Source of the DNA: Spirochaetaceae bacterium
Lineage (GTDB): Bacteria > Spirochaetota > Spirochaetia > Treponematales > Breznakiellaceae
Length of the DNA stretch: 35,120 nt
Direction of reading: 5' to 3'
Assembly (NCBI GenBank): GCA_031284645.1
Contig: JAITXS010000045.1
Location: 1-35,120, forward strand
Positions 24,310 through 34,742 of this stretch are shown here, piece after piece; the first letter of the stretch is position 1, and each line of letters begins with the position of its first letter. The position numbers and the translations under genes are program-made. The notes under the pieces were generated by a model. The model saw only the letters and a program-made list of their open reading frames with translations. It did no database searches and was not told the DNA's origin.

Positions 24310-26211
24310 ATGGCACAACGTCAATTTAAGACCGAGGTCAGTCAACTACTGAACCTTATTATTCATTCACTGTATTCTAATCGGGAAATCTTTTTACGGG
24401 AGCTTGTTTCTAACGCGTCGGATGCGCTTGACAAACTCAAATATCTTACGATAGCGGACGAAGCCTACAAAAGCATGAGTTTTGAACCGCGTATTGATAT
24501 TTCTTTTGATCAAAATGCAAAAACTCTGACGATTGCCGACAACGGGATTGGCATGAACGAAGAAGACTTGGCCGACTCTCTGGGAACTATTGCCCGTTCC
24601 GGTACCAAGGCTTTCCTTGAAAAATTGAGCGCGGAGGCAAAAAAGGACAGCAATCTTATCGGGCAGTTCGGCGTTGGTTTTTATTCGGCGTTTATGGTCT
24701 CCGATAAAATCGAGGTGATTAGCCGTAAAGCACTTGATGACAAGGCGTGGAAATGGTCGAGTAACGGCAAGGATGGTTATGATATTGAGAGCGCCGAGCG
24801 TGAGACGCACGGTTCTACCATCATCCTTTATTTAAGTGAGGAAGGTGCGGAATTTGCCGATCGCTGGCGCATTGAGCATATTATCAAGCAGTACTCAAAT
24901 CATGTGGCCTACGGAATTTTTCTGAGCTTTGAGGAAAAAGAATTCGATGACAAGGGCAATGTCAAAGAAACGAAACAGAAAACCGAACGGATTAATGACG
25001 GCACGGCAATGTGGCATAAGTCGAAATCCGAGCTTAAAGAGAGTGACTACAACGAGTTTTATAAACAGATTGCCCACGAAAGCGAGGATCCGCTTTTCTA
25101 TCTGCACACCAAAGCAGAAGGGACGCTGGAATACGACACACTTTTTTTTGTGCCTAAAAAAGCGCCTTTTGATCTGTACCACGCCGATTATAAACCCGGG
25201 GTCAAGCTCTACGTTAAGCGCATATTCATCACTGATGATGACAAGGAATTGATGCCTGTCTACCTCCGTTTTATCCGCGGTGTTATCGACAGCGAGGATC
25301 TACCGCTCAATGTAAGCCGTGAGATTCTCCAACAGAACAGAGTCTTGCTGAATATTAAAAATGCATCGGTAAAGAAACTGCTTGCCGAGTTTAAAACGAT
25401 TTCAGAAACAGACAGTGAAAAATGGAATATTTTTATATCCCAGTTTAACCGTCCTTTAAAAGAAGGGCTGTTATCGGATTGGGGAAATCGTGATGCGCTT
25501 ACCGACCTTATCCGCTTTAAGAGTACTGCAGTTTCCGGCTGGACAGGTTTCTCCGATTACACATCGCGCATGAAAGCGGATCAAAAATACATTTACTATA
25601 TCACCGGCGGAGATGAAAACACCCTCAAAGCGTCTCCCTTGCTTGAGGCGTACAAAGCCAAGGATATTGAAGTTCTTGTAATGGATCAGGAAATGGACGA
25701 ACTTGTTATTCCGAATCTGTATCACTACCGGAAAGTAAGCGGCCTTGATAAAGACGGCAAAGAGATCGCCCAGGAATGGGAACTTAAAGCAATAAACCGA
25801 TCCGGCATAGACAAGGAGCTTGGCGAAACGGAAAATAAAGACAACGAAAAACAAGCGAAACCTATTATCGATAAGATTAAAAAAGCCTTGGGTGACAGGG
25901 TTAAAGACATAAAGCTTTCGCAGCGCCTGCATGATTCGCCTTCTTGTATTGTTACCGATGATGATGTTCCGTCTATGCAGATCACACAGATGCTTAAATC
26001 ATTAGGTCAGATGGATATTCCTGAAAGCAAGCCGATCCTCGAAGTGAATTATGGACATCCGCTGGTAAAATCGCTTGAAAATACCGAAAACGAGGAGAAA
26101 ATCGCTGATATTTCGATTATCCTCCTTGATCAAGCCTTGCTGCTTGAGGGCGCCAAACTAAAAGAACCGGCTGATTTTGTAAAGCGGCTCAATAAACTTT
26201 TGACGAATTAA
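24310..26211 (+). CDS. htpG: Molecular chaperone HtpG (Hsp90)
   Basis: LLNLIIHSLYSNREIFLRELVSNASDALDKL, DNGIGM and IGQFGVGFYSAFMV match. 633 aa. AAAGGAG SD upstream. Confidence 0.97.
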   Translation: MAQRQFKTEVSQLLNLIIHSLYSNREIFLRELVSNASDALDKLKYLTIADEAYKSMSFEPRIDISFDQNAKTLTIADNGIGMNEEDLADSLGTIARSGTKAFLEKLSAEAKKDSNLIGQFGVGFYSAFMVSDKIEVISRKALDDKAWKWSSNGKDGYDIESAERETHGSTIILYLSEEGAEFADRWRIEHIIKQYSNHVAYGIFLSFEEKEFDDKGNVKETKQKTERINDGTAMWHKSKSELKESDYNEFYKQIAHESEDPLFYLHTKAEGTLEYDTLFFVPKKAPFDLYHADYKPGVKLYVKRIFITDDDKELMPVYLRFIRGVIDSEDLPLNVSREILQQNRVLLNIKNASVKKLLAEFKTISETDSEKWNIFISQFNRPLKEGLLSDWGNRDALTDLIRFKSTAVSGWTGFSDYTSRMKADQKYIYYITGGDENTLKASPLLEAYKAKDIEVLVMDQEMDELVIPNLYHYRKVSGLDKDGKEIAQEWELKAINRSGIDKELGETENKDNEKQAKPIIDKIKKALGDRVKDIKLSQRLHDSPSCIVTDDDVPSMQITQMLKSLGQMDIPESKPILEVNYGHPLVKSLENTENEEKIADISIILLDQALLLEGAKLKEPADFVKRLNKLLTN

Positions 26212-26229
26212 GTCTTTTGCATGATTTTT

Positions 26230-26272
26230 ATTGGGTTTATTCCGGACGCTTTGTTTTTGGAATAAGCCCAAT
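26230..26272 (+). terminator. Long imperfect hairpin downstream of htpG
   Basis: ATTGGGTTTATTCC (26230-26243) pairs with GGAATAAGCCCAAT (26259-26272), 13 of 14 positions. There is no clear U-tract. Confidence 0.3.
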
Positions 26273-26317
26273 ACCAAGTTTCCCTTGGGATTGTAGTGTG
26301 AACACGGAGGTAAAGTG

Positions 26318-27127
26318 ATGAAGAAGCTTTGTATGCTTATGTGTGTTCTTATTCCGGTGCTGGTTTTCGTAAGCTGTGGGGGAAAAGCCGGTGATTTGGA
26401 AAGTATAAAGAAACGCGGAGAAATTGTCTTGTACACGGATCCGAGCTGGCCCCCGTTTGAGTATGTCGGGCCGGCAGGTGAAACTATCGGCGTAGATATT
26501 GACATTGCGAACAGGATCGCAGATGACATCGGCGTAAAATTACGGGTTGTTAACGGAGAGTTTGACGCATTCCCGCTTGCACTGCAAAACACTCAGGTTG
26601 ATATGGGGATTTCCGGTATTACGATCACCGAGGATCGCAAAGAAGCGCTTGATTTTTCAATTCCTTACGCCGACCTTGTTCAATATATTGTCAAGTCAAT
26701 TTCAAATACTGATATAAAAAATTTGAACAGTCTTGCCGGTCTTAGAATCGGCGTCCAGAAGGGGACAACCGGTGATTTTTGGGTTGATGAAAATATAAAA
26801 AACGGTGTGTTAAAAGGCAGCGGAGCTGAGCTTGTTCAGTTTAAAACAGTTCAGGAAGCTATGCTGTCGATGAAAAAAGGTGATTTAAGCGCACTTGTTT
26901 GTGATAAACCTATCGCGAATAATCTGGCAGCAGTAAACAAAGAATTTAACACGGTTGAGGCTTCGCGTGCCGATGGAACAATCACAAACGAGGAATTTGG
27001 TGTCGCTGTTAAAAAAGGAAATAAAACACTGCTTGATGCTATTAACGGAACACTGAAAGAAATGATAAGCAACGGAGATATTGCAAAGAGTGTCGAGTAT
27101 CACACAGCTAATTCGGCACTCAGATGA
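26318..27127 (+). CDS. Polar amino-acid ABC transporter substrate-binding lipoprotein
   Basis: Lipobox VFVSCGG and a type-3 SBP pattern (PPFEY, GVDIDIA, FD...ISGITIT..R...DFS.PY). The ATG at 26318 is preferred over the GTG at 26315 (GGAGG lies 7 nt upstream). Confidence 0.88.
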   Translation: MKKLCMLMCVLIPVLVFVSCGGKAGDLESIKKRGEIVLYTDPSWPPFEYVGPAGETIGVDIDIANRIADDIGVKLRVVNGEFDAFPLALQNTQVDMGISGITITEDRKEALDFSIPYADLVQYIVKSISNTDIKNLNSLAGLRIGVQKGTTGDFWVDENIKNGVLKGSGAELVQFKTVQEAMLSMKKGDLSALVCDKPIANNLAAVNKEFNTVEASRADGTITNEEFGVAVKKGNKTLLDAINGTLKEMISNGDIAKSVEYHTANSALR

Positions 27128-27819
27128 ATTCCGTCGAATATTTCCTGCGGCAGTTTGAACGGACTTTTATTGATGATCAGCGCTACCTGCTTTTTCTGAC
27201 CGGTTTACGTAACACGATAATTATCGCACTATCGGCGGCAATTATCGGAGTTATAATCGGAACGGGCATTGCCTTGATAAAGCTTTACCATACGCAGACC
27301 GGGCGTTTTAAGATTTTAGAACGCCTCCTTGCTGTTTATGTATCAATTATCAGAGGTACGCCGCTTGCCGTTCAGCTTTTGATATTTGCTTACATCATTA
27401 TCCAATCAAGCAACTATGTGTTTATCGCCTGTATTGCCTTTGGCCTGAACTCCGGTGCCTATGTGTCCGAATTGATACGAGCAGGTATCAGCGCGATAGA
27501 CAAGGGGCAGACCGAAGCCGGATTAAGTCTTGGTTTGCCGCGTTTAGCGATTTTTAAGCTTCTTATTTTTCCGCAGGCAATTAAAAACATTCTTCCCGCT
27601 CTTTGCAACGAATTTATTATGCTCTTTAAAGAAACCTCAATAGTCGGTTTGATTGCTGTTGTTGATCTGACCCGCGCCTCTGATTTAGTGCGCTCACGAA
27701 CAATGGATGCATATTTCCCACTTATTTCGATAGCTTTGATTTACTTTTTGATAGTCAGCGGACTTACCCTGCTTTCCGCCGGAATCGAAAAAAGGATGGC
27801 GCGTTGTGATAGAAGTTAA
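27124..27819 (+). CDS. Amino-acid ABC transporter permease (HisM/GlnP family)
   Basis: Multi-pass membrane protein with the EAA-type loop ([29 protein letters not shown]). ATGA overlap with the SBP gene. Confidence 0.88.
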   Translation: MNSVEYFLRQFERTFIDDQRYLLFLTGLRNTIIIALSAAIIGVIIGTGIALIKLYHTQTGRFKILERLLAVYVSIIRGTPLAVQLLIFAYIIIQSSNYVFIACIAFGLNSGAYVSELIRAGISAIDKGQTEAGLSLGLPRLAIFKLLIFPQAIKNILPALCNEFIMLFKETSIVGLIAVVDLTRASDLVRSRTMDAYFPLISIALIYFLIVSGLTLLSAGIEKRMARCDRS

Positions 27820-28552
27820 AAATCTTCATAAACATTTTGGAAAACTGGAAATCCTTAACGGTATCAACGAAAGAATCAGGAAGGGAGAGAAAGTATCTAT
27901 TGTAGGCCCTTCCGGATCGGGGAAAAGCACCTTTTTACGCTGCTTAAACCTGTTGGAAGCCCCAAGCCAAGGTGAAATTTGGTTTGAGGGCAGGCAATAT
28001 ACGACAAAAAGCCCGGATTTAGGAAGGATGCGGCAGCGGATGGGCATGGTTTTTCAGCATTTTAACCTCTTTCCGCATCTGAGCGTGATGAAAAACATTA
28101 CACTTGCACCGGTAACGCTGAAATTGCAGACAAAAGACGAAGCCGAGGCAAAGGCGCACGAGCTTTTGAGGCGCATCGGGCTTCTTGATAAGGCAAAAGT
28201 CTATCCGGCAATGCTTTCCGGCGGACAAAAACAACGCATTGCCATTATACGATCTCTTGCGATGAATCCTGATGTGATGCTTTTTGACGAACCGACAAGC
28301 GCTCTTGATCCGGAAATGGTTGGGGAAGTGCTTGATCTTATCAAGCAGCTTGCACAGGAAGGGATGACTATGGTCATTGTTACGCACGAGATGGGCTTTG
28401 CCCGTGAAGTTTCAACGCGGGTGTTATTCATGGAAGACGGTCTTATCCGCGAACAAAATACCCCCCAAGAATTTTTTGCAAATCCTCAAAATGAACGCTT
28501 AAAGTTTTTCTTGTCAAAAATATTGAATATTTCATCAGCGATTCCCGTTTGA
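27806..28552 (+). CDS. Amino-acid ABC transporter ATP-binding protein
   Basis: Walker [11 protein letters not shown]-loop, signature [11 protein letters not shown], Walker [13 protein letters not shown]-loop VTHEM. GTG start. Confidence 0.93.
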   Translation: MIEVKNLHKHFGKLEILNGINERIRKGEKVSIVGPSGSGKSTFLRCLNLLEAPSQGEIWFEGRQYTTKSPDLGRMRQRMGMVFQHFNLFPHLSVMKNITLAPVTLKLQTKDEAEAKAHELLRRIGLLDKAKVYPAMLSGGQKQRIAIIRSLAMNPDVMLFDEPTSALDPEMVGEVLDLIKQLAQEGMTMVIVTHEMGFAREVSTRVLFMEDGLIREQNTPQEFFANPQNERLKFFLSKILNISSAIPV

Positions 28553-28560
28553 AACCTGGC

Positions 28561-28732
28561 TTAGGGTTTGGGGTATTGGGGCTGGGGTATAGTTCTTACC
28601 AGAAAGTCCCTACCCTATACCCAACTCCCCTTGACCCTTGCTTCGGGGTAGAAGGGCGGGGTCAAGAGTGGCGAATGTCTATCACTCCCCTACCCTATAC
28701 CCTCATTTAGGGTCATGGGGTAGGGTAGGGGT
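28561..28732. repeat. Family-1 GGGT/ACCC repeat, one unit plus a partial G-arm
   Basis: TTAGGGTTTGGGGTATTGGGGCTGGGG - TTACCAGAAAG - TCCCTACCCTATACCC - CCCTTGCTTCGGGG - ... ATGTCTATCA - CTCCCCTACCCTATACCC, then GGGTCATGGGGTAGGGTAGGGG. Confidence 0.85.
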
Positions 28733-28754
28733 AAGAAATCATATCTCAAAAAAC

Positions 28755-30761
28755 TTACTCGTCAATGACGATGTCTTTTTTTAACTGATTAAAACGATCT
28801 GTTAAATCAGCTTCTGTGGGATTTTCAACGGACATATAGAGTGTCCAGCGTACATTTTCGTTGGGAATTTTTGCCGGAAGTATTGTGCCTATTGTACCGT
28901 TGTTGTCTTTAAGGGAAATCGCGGGTTTCCCGTTAAAGGGAAATCTTTCCTCAATGAGGTCTTCCCAATCCTCGCGGTAATTACTGCCCAGTCTCGGATC
29001 AGGCTTGGAGTTCATCGCAAGTACCAGAAAATCCTGCTCCCGCGAATTCTGGTTTATAACGAGTTTGGTAATGCCGTGTCCGATTGTTTTGTCGATCTGA
29101 TAAAACGAGGGTAGCATATATAATTCTGAAATGTCCGACCAGTCAAAAATGTTGTTTTCTGCTGTAATTGAAAAAGTGGGGAAGGAAAAGGCGATTTTCT
29201 TATCTTTTTTGTCCCAATTAAACGAAAAATCCGTCAAAAAATCGGGTATATAATTATCCAGCTGCAAAAAATCGTCCCATTCCGTAAAGGTTCCCGAATA
29301 GGCGGCGTGAATATGGTTACAAATTTTTTCCATGTCCCATTCATAGACAAACTGTTCATCGGTAGATTGAATGCTTGAAAGCATCACGGGGCCGCCGGGT
29401 AAGGGTAGAATATAAGCAATCAGCACTTTATTATCGAAGGGCACAAGCCAGCTTGTCTTAACCCATGTTCTGCCGACAGCATCAATATAGGTCTCAACAG
29501 CATTGGGATCACCTAAAGAAAAAATCCGGTATTTATTGGCTCCCCAAAGAGTGCGGTCAAGCCGCCAATTCCGCAAGATTAAATCCATAATAAAACGCGG
29601 ATCCGTATCAAGCAGATCGAGCGGGACTGTTTTGGGTCTGACGATTTTAAAAAGATCAAATTCGGAGATATGGGCGTAGAGGAGTTTTCCGTCATCGTTT
29701 AGGTCAATTCTTTCGATATCACTGCGGGCAAGTTTCCAGTTATCATCATTTCGGTCAACAAAATCAACCTGAGGGAAAATCGAGCTCATTGAGGCGTTAA
29801 AAAGATAGGCGTTGTTTTCTCCGGTTAAATAAGCGGGTGCTTGATTAAAAAGCTTTGTCATCGCCTGAACATAGGCTGTCTTATAGGGTGATACAATGTC
29901 ACGCTGAACGGCTTTGTAATTCGCCGGTAAGGGGACGCTACATTCAAAGACTTCTACCAGTTTATTAGAAAGAAGAACATGGGCATAACCGGGCTTGATC
30001 CGGTACCGGAGCATATCCCGCGGATAATTTACAATTACGGAAGCAGGTGTAGAATAGAGAATATTGTCGCGCAGGCTGGTAACCAAACCGAGTACCTTCC
30101 CCTCAGGGCTTACCAGAGGGCCGCCGGAATTACCCGGATTACCGTCTGCGGAAGATTTTAAAAGCTGCCATCTGCCTGATTCTGCTTCGGGAACCGTGCC
30201 CAAGATAAGTCCGTTCCGCCGCACAATCCCCTCGCCAAGAGCATTCCCTATACTAAAAACCGGCTGTTCATCTTCGTAGGCTGTATCAAATTCAAAAAAG
30301 CGCGTGAAGCGCGGGTGATCTTTTATGGTAAAGACAAGAAAATCCCTCTCGTTATTGCCGCCGGTAACCTGATCAATCTCAAAAACTCCGCCTTTTGAAT
30401 CGCGGACATAGTATTTTTTATAAATCGCGCTTTCGATTCCCAGATTAATAACATGGAAAGCGGTGATTAATTCAGTGGGTGATATGGCAAAAGCTGTTCC
30501 GATTGAATAGTATTTGTCCGTACGTATCTGATAGGGAACGGCATCCCAATCAAGCTCTTTTTCATATATAAGCGGGTCTGCTTCCGTATCCGGTTTTTCC
30601 AAAACTACTTCGAAAACAGCATCTTTAACAAGCGTTTTTGCCTCCGAAGAAAGCTCGACCCGGCCTGAGTAAGTGCCTGTTCCCCCCTGACCACTTACAC
30701 AGGAAAAACACAGGAGAAGCGCAAGGCCGGCAAAACACCATAATTTTTTGAGTTTATTCAT
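28755..30761 (-). CDS. Trypsin-like (S1 family) serine protease lipoprotein with a large uncharacterised C-terminal region
   Basis: Signal and lipobox LLLCFSCVSG. Catalytic contexts are TAFHVI (His), ERDFLVF (Asp) and GNPGNSGGPLV (Ser) within the first ~240 aa. The remaining ~430 aa have no motif I recognise. Confidence 0.8.
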   Translation of the reverse strand: MNKLKKLWCFAGLALLLCFSCVSGQGGTGTYSGRVELSSEAKTLVKDAVFEVVLEKPDTEADPLIYEKELDWDAVPYQIRTDKYYSIGTAFAISPTELITAFHVINLGIESAIYKKYYVRDSKGGVFEIDQVTGGNNERDFLVFTIKDHPRFTRFFEFDTAYEDEQPVFSIGNALGEGIVRRNGLILGTVPEAESGRWQLLKSSADGNPGNSGGPLVSPEGKVLGLVTSLRDNILYSTPASVIVNYPRDMLRYRIKPGYAHVLLSNKLVEVFECSVPLPANYKAVQRDIVSPYKTAYVQAMTKLFNQAPAYLTGENNAYLFNASMSSIFPQVDFVDRNDDNWKLARSDIERIDLNDDGKLLYAHISEFDLFKIVRPKTVPLDLLDTDPRFIMDLILRNWRLDRTLWGANKYRIFSLGDPNAVETYIDAVGRTWVKTSWLVPFDNKVLIAYILPLPGGPVMLSSIQSTDEQFVYEWDMEKICNHIHAAYSGTFTEWDDFLQLDNYIPDFLTDFSFNWDKKDKKIAFSFPTFSITAENNIFDWSDISELYMLPSFYQIDKTIGHGITKLVINQNSREQDFLVLAMNSKPDPRLGSNYREDWEDLIEERFPFNGKPAISLKDNNGTIGTILPAKIPNENVRWTLYMSVENPTEADLTDRFNQLKKDIVIDE

Positions 30762-31081
30762 GACTAATAATTATAACAGATTCAGGGATATCTGAGTAGG
30801 GGCGCAGAGATTTTCTGTCAAGCCGCAATGAAAATGTCCCCTTTTGGGAATTAAGCCGCCTTGCCAATATGGTCTTTATATTCCTGTTTTTCTATCTCCT
30901 TAACAAGGAGCGTTTTGACTCTGGGCCGCCGGATAGGGCCGATGATTCTATTGTTCATGAAGAGGCTATAGAAACGGCGTCCTAAACCGGCAGAAGAACG
31001 GCGGCGAAGGTTTATCGATCTCTTTCGCCACCTGTCAAAGGCAAAGCCTCTGAAAAGACATGATGGAAAACTGCGCAACGG

Positions 31082-32008
31082 CTAGGCGACATAGCTTTGC
31101 AAAACGCGCCTGCGTTCCGGTTCTTGAAGGTGCTTTATCGCTTTTTTTTCGATTTGGCGTATTCTCTCTTTTGTCAAATGTAAGCGGTCGCCGATTTCAT
31201 AGAGAGGCATCTTGGCACCGTTTTCAAGGCCGTATCTACAACGAATCACCGTAGCCTCTTTTTTGTCCATAGAACTCAGAGCCGACTCAATATCCTCCCG
31301 CATCGCTTGTTGCTCGGCAAAATCATAAGGAGTCGGGAACAACTTGTCCTGAATTGTCTCACCCAAAATAACAGGAGAATCACTACCCTTGAAAACCGGC
31401 GATTCAAGGGAAATCATCTCACGACTCATATTGATGAGGTCTGAAACAAGATTTTCACGCATGTCAAGCATTCGTGCAACTTCCTTTATCTCATTTTCAT
31501 GCGATAAAGAGCCTTGTATTTCCTTTCTCGTACGCTCAATTCTTGAAAGTTCCCCGGCACGGTTCATGGGAAGGCGTATCATTCCTGATTTTTCGCAAAG
31601 TGCCTTTAAAATAGACCGCCTGATCCACCATACAGCATAAGAAATAAAGTGGTATCCCTTATTCACATCATAGTGCTCCACAGCGCTAATCAAGCCGATG
31701 TTTCCTTCGCTGATAAGATCCGGCAGGAGCAGGCCGTGTCCCTTGTACCTTTTTGCGATAGTAATAACAAAACGAAGATTCGAGTTGACCAATGTGTCAA
31801 AAGCTTTTTTATCTCCGGCAGCGACAAGCCGTGCACACTGTTCTTCTTCTTCCCGCGTTAAAAGCGGTATTTTGCGAATCTCATTGATGTATATTGAAAG
31901 CACATCCTCGCTACTGTCTCCGGTGTGATTTTCAATATCCCCGCTTCCCGTTTTGGCCGGTTTATTTGATGTTTTCATGATGGTATTCTCCTCGTTCAAG
32001 ATAAGCAT
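31082..32008 (-). CDS. Sigma-70 family RNA polymerase sigma factor, group 2 (RpoS-like)
   Basis: Region 1.2/2 reads IYINEIRKIPLLTREEEEQCARL, NLRFVITIAKRYKGHG, DLISEGNIGLISAVEHYD and FISYAVWWIRRSI. Region 4 reads LTKERIRQIEKKAIKHL. At 308 aa it is too short for primary RpoD. Confidence 0.88.
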   Translation of the reverse strand: MLILNEENTIMKTSNKPAKTGSGDIENHTGDSSEDVLSIYINEIRKIPLLTREEEEQCARLVAAGDKKAFDTLVNSNLRFVITIAKRYKGHGLLLPDLISEGNIGLISAVEHYDVNKGYHFISYAVWWIRRSILKALCEKSGMIRLPMNRAGELSRIERTRKEIQGSLSHENEIKEVARMLDMRENLVSDLINMSREMISLESPVFKGSDSPVILGETIQDKLFPTPYDFAEQQAMREDIESALSSMDKKEATVIRCRYGLENGAKMPLYEIGDRLHLTKERIRQIEKKAIKHLQEPERRRVLQSYVA

Positions 32009-32110
32009 TTAAGTCCCCGAGCGCTCAAAGTGACTGTGGGCAGATGGATTTCAAAACGAAAACTCTCGTCTTGGGTCTTTCTTCTGTCTCTCTGCTTACT
32101 GGTATCTATG

Positions 32111-32128
32111 AAGCAGGTTTCATGCCAA
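32111..32128 (-). promoter_or_regulatory. Candidate sigma-54 (-24/-12) promoter for the RpoS-like sigma gene
   Basis: Minus strand reads TTGGCATGAAACCTGCTT. This gives TGGCAT-N5-CTGCT against the consensus TGGCAC-N5-TTGCW, with correct GG-to-GC spacing. It lies about 105-120 nt upstream of the ATG at 32008. Confidence 0.3.
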
Positions 32129-32408
32129 GGTGGTAGCATTTGATGTTTTTCGTGCGCTTATAATATAATTCCTTATATTGTAATGAGTTGTTAAAACTTT
32201 TTTTTAACGTGAAAAATTTGATGATAACGCGAAACGTCCGGATCCTTAAAAAAAGGACGGGTTATTCTGATACAGGCGCTGAATTTTTTTGGGACTCCGT
32301 GTCAATTTGACGCTGAATACTAAATGGGACGTGCACTGAATACCGAGAATGGGGTCAGGGTGGAGGCTTATCCGATCATTCTAAAACTAATTACCCAAGA
32401 GATGGCGC

Positions 32409-33536
32409 TTACGCCTCGTCGCGCACGATTCGCAGAGTTTGTTCAGCGCATTTATCCCACGAAAACAGTTTTGCCCGCTCGATGCCCAAGCGGACGAGTT
32501 TGTTGTGCAGTTCACTGTCCGTGGCAAGGCTTACCATGCGATCGGCCATATCCTCAGGTTGAAAGGGGTTAAAATAAAGGGCCGCGTGTTCTGCGGTTTC
32601 AGGCAGGGCGGCAGCGCGGGCACAGGCAACAGGAACACCCGATGCCATAGCTTCAATCGCCCCTTGGCCAAAACCCTCGTAACAGGAGGGAATAACCACA
32701 AAATCCGATGCTGCGTAAAGTTCGGGAAGACTAGCTGACGGAAAATTGCCGGTAAAAAAAATATCGTTCCGGCATTTTGAGGCTGCGGCGACGGCTTTAA
32801 TCCGTTCCGCGCCGTGGTCATCGGAACCGGCAAAAACAAGCCGGTGAGGAGATTTGATCCTTTCTTTAAAAATCTCAAACGCTTTGATTAATCCAATGTG
32901 ATTTTTTACCGGATGATGAAGCCGCGCGGCATAAAGAATATAGGGTCTTTTAAAACTAAACGGCTGAATTAATACCGGGTTTTCTCCATCCGGCGGACGC
33001 GGATAAAATATTGATGTGTCAACACCGTTCGGGATAACGTCTATACGGGACGGGCGAATATTAACCAGATTAATGAGCTCATTTTTTACCCAATTACTCA
33101 CCGCGATAACACGGTCAAGTTTCCGCAGGGAATCGGGCAAGAGTACCCGGAGGACTGCACCAAGATGTTCTCTTGTCTGCCGGGTTCCCCAATACGCAGC
33201 CATATCGTGCACTGTGCCGACAGAATAACAGGGGAAGGTACTCGGCAGTCTCCTGTGTGCAACGGGGAAAAAACAGGCATTATAGGCTCTTGATTCGGCA
33301 AAATGCGGAAATTTAAAAATATGCCAGAGAGAATTGGCGGTTTTACCGCTGATCCTGCCAACCGGAATAAAATCAAGCTGTTTGGAAAGATTCGCAAAAG
33401 AAAAACGATCGAATTCCCAGCCGAAGAGCTCATAAAAAACATCGGGAGAGGAGATTCGTTTTAATATTTGAGTAAGATACACGCCGGTTCCCGATATGCC
33501 GACATTACAGGCAAATGTATCAATGCCTATTTTCAT
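32409..33536 (-). CDS. Glycosyltransferase family 4 (GT-B, group 1)
   Basis: PSCYEGFGQGAIEAMASGVPV (E-x7-E motif) is present, with an N-terminal GT4 domain. The start is placed at the ATG at 33536 (MKIGIDTF), which forms an ATGA overlap with the upstream stop. The ORF-track start at 33602 would overlap by 70 nt. Confidence 0.85.
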   Translation of the reverse strand: MKIGIDTFACNVGISGTGVYLTQILKRISSPDVFYELFGWEFDRFSFANLSKQLDFIPVGRISGKTANSLWHIFKFPHFAESRAYNACFFPVAHRRLPSTFPCYSVGTVHDMAAYWGTRQTREHLGAVLRVLLPDSLRKLDRVIAVSNWVKNELINLVNIRPSRIDVIPNGVDTSIFYPRPPDGENPVLIQPFSFKRPYILYAARLHHPVKNHIGLIKAFEIFKERIKSPHRLVFAGSDDHGAERIKAVAAASKCRNDIFFTGNFPSASLPELYAASDFVVIPSCYEGFGQGAIEAMASGVPVACARAAALPETAEHAALYFNPFQPEDMADRMVSLATDSELHNKLVRLGIERAKLFSWDKCAEQTLRIVRDEA

Positions 33537-34657
33537 GAGTTTCCTTTTAATGTTATAAGTGCGATCTCCCGCATATTGCCAAAACGTAAGGGGGGCCCCC
33601 ACCAGCGTACGCCGGAGCTGACATACATCACCGCACTTCCTTTTTCGTATAAACCATAGTTGTAATCCATAAAAAAACGCCGGACAATTTCAACAGGCGG
33701 GATTTGGCCTGCATGGGTATGCCCTGAAAGCTGAATGATTTTATGATGATCCATTGTCTGCACCGTGTTAAATGATTCAGGACGGTGATTTAAAAATAAA
33801 ACAGGATAATTTTTATCAGATCGGGAAATAGTGTCCTGAATAAATTCCTCTTTGTTCCAATTAATGTCATTGATACCGGCAACATTGATAATATTCTTTA
33901 CAAGAAGTACATCGTCGTCTAACATCGTGATATTATTTTTTTCGCATAACGCAGCAAATGTTTTAATTCCCGTATAGTAATCATGATTACCGCTTACCGC
34001 AAAAACTCCGTATTTTGCTTGTAAGCGGTCAAATCCGTAGGCCTTGTACATATCATCTTTTACAATATCGGTATCAATAATATCACCGACAAGAACAATC
34101 ATATCAGCGTGTAGTAACATAACTTTATCAAAAATTGCGCGAATTTCTTCCGGACGCGTGAATGTATTGATGTGTACATCTGAAATTTCCGCTATTCTTA
34201 ACGAAGGGATTTTTAATTCAGGAACACTGATATCAACTTCCCGAACCCGCAGGATCATTCCTACGTTAATGATTGACCAGATTGAGGATACGGCAGCAAG
34301 AATAAAACAAATCATCGTTGAATAGAAACGGAAATTTTTAACCGGAAATGTATTTTTAAAAACACGATGTCCGATTATAACAATAAAATTGATAATCTCG
34401 TTTACAAAGCAAAATGAAATTAATATCGCCCATACACCGATGATCACATAAGAAAGCGGGGCAAGAACAGTAAGAACGCTGTTATCCTGCCTTCTTCCCA
34501 AAAAAACAGCGGCGCTTAAAACAAGGCAGAAAAGACAAAATGTATACACAAAATAATGATAGGGGAACTTAACCTTTACAAGGAAAATCAGCCTCTGTCC
34601 GATATAGATATATGACAGGGCATAAAACAGTAAAGCAACTATAAAAAAAATCCTCAT
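33533..34657 (-). CDS. Membrane-anchored metallophosphoesterase (calcineurin-like, YkuE-type)
   Basis: About five N-terminal TM helices, then ISDVH, VGDIID, GNHD and GHTHAGQ phosphoesterase motifs. Confidence 0.85.
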   Translation of the reverse strand: MRIFFIVALLFYALSYIYIGQRLIFLVKVKFPYHYFVYTFCLFCLVLSAAVFLGRRQDNSVLTVLAPLSYVIIGVWAILISFCFVNEIINFIVIIGHRVFKNTFPVKNFRFYSTMICFILAAVSSIWSIINVGMILRVREVDISVPELKIPSLRIAEISDVHINTFTRPEEIRAIFDKVMLLHADMIVLVGDIIDTDIVKDDMYKAYGFDRLQAKYGVFAVSGNHDYYTGIKTFAALCEKNNITMLDDDVLLVKNIINVAGINDINWNKEEFIQDTISRSDKNYPVLFLNHRPESFNTVQTMDHHKIIQLSGHTHAGQIPPVEIVRRFFMDYNYGLYEKGSAVMYVSSGVRWWGPPLRFGNMREIALITLKGNS

Positions 34658-34742
34658 AATATTATCTCCTGTATTTTTACGAAAAAATTTACTCTGCGGG
34701 AGACAAGTTTACAATGTTTCACGCTCCTGTAAGAAATCCCGC

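Noticed and set aside
24308-24325. TGGCAC at the htpG start (AATGGCACAACGTCAATTT) as a sigma-54 -24 box
   Set aside because: It is formed by the ATG-GCA-CAA codons of htpG itself, and no TTGC lies at the correct spacing.
30851-31078. 75-aa ORF between the sigma factor and protease genes, a possible anti-sigma or small regulator
   Set aside because: It is highly basic and low-complexity with no SD. The internal Met at 30957 also lacks an SD. I cannot support it from sequence alone.
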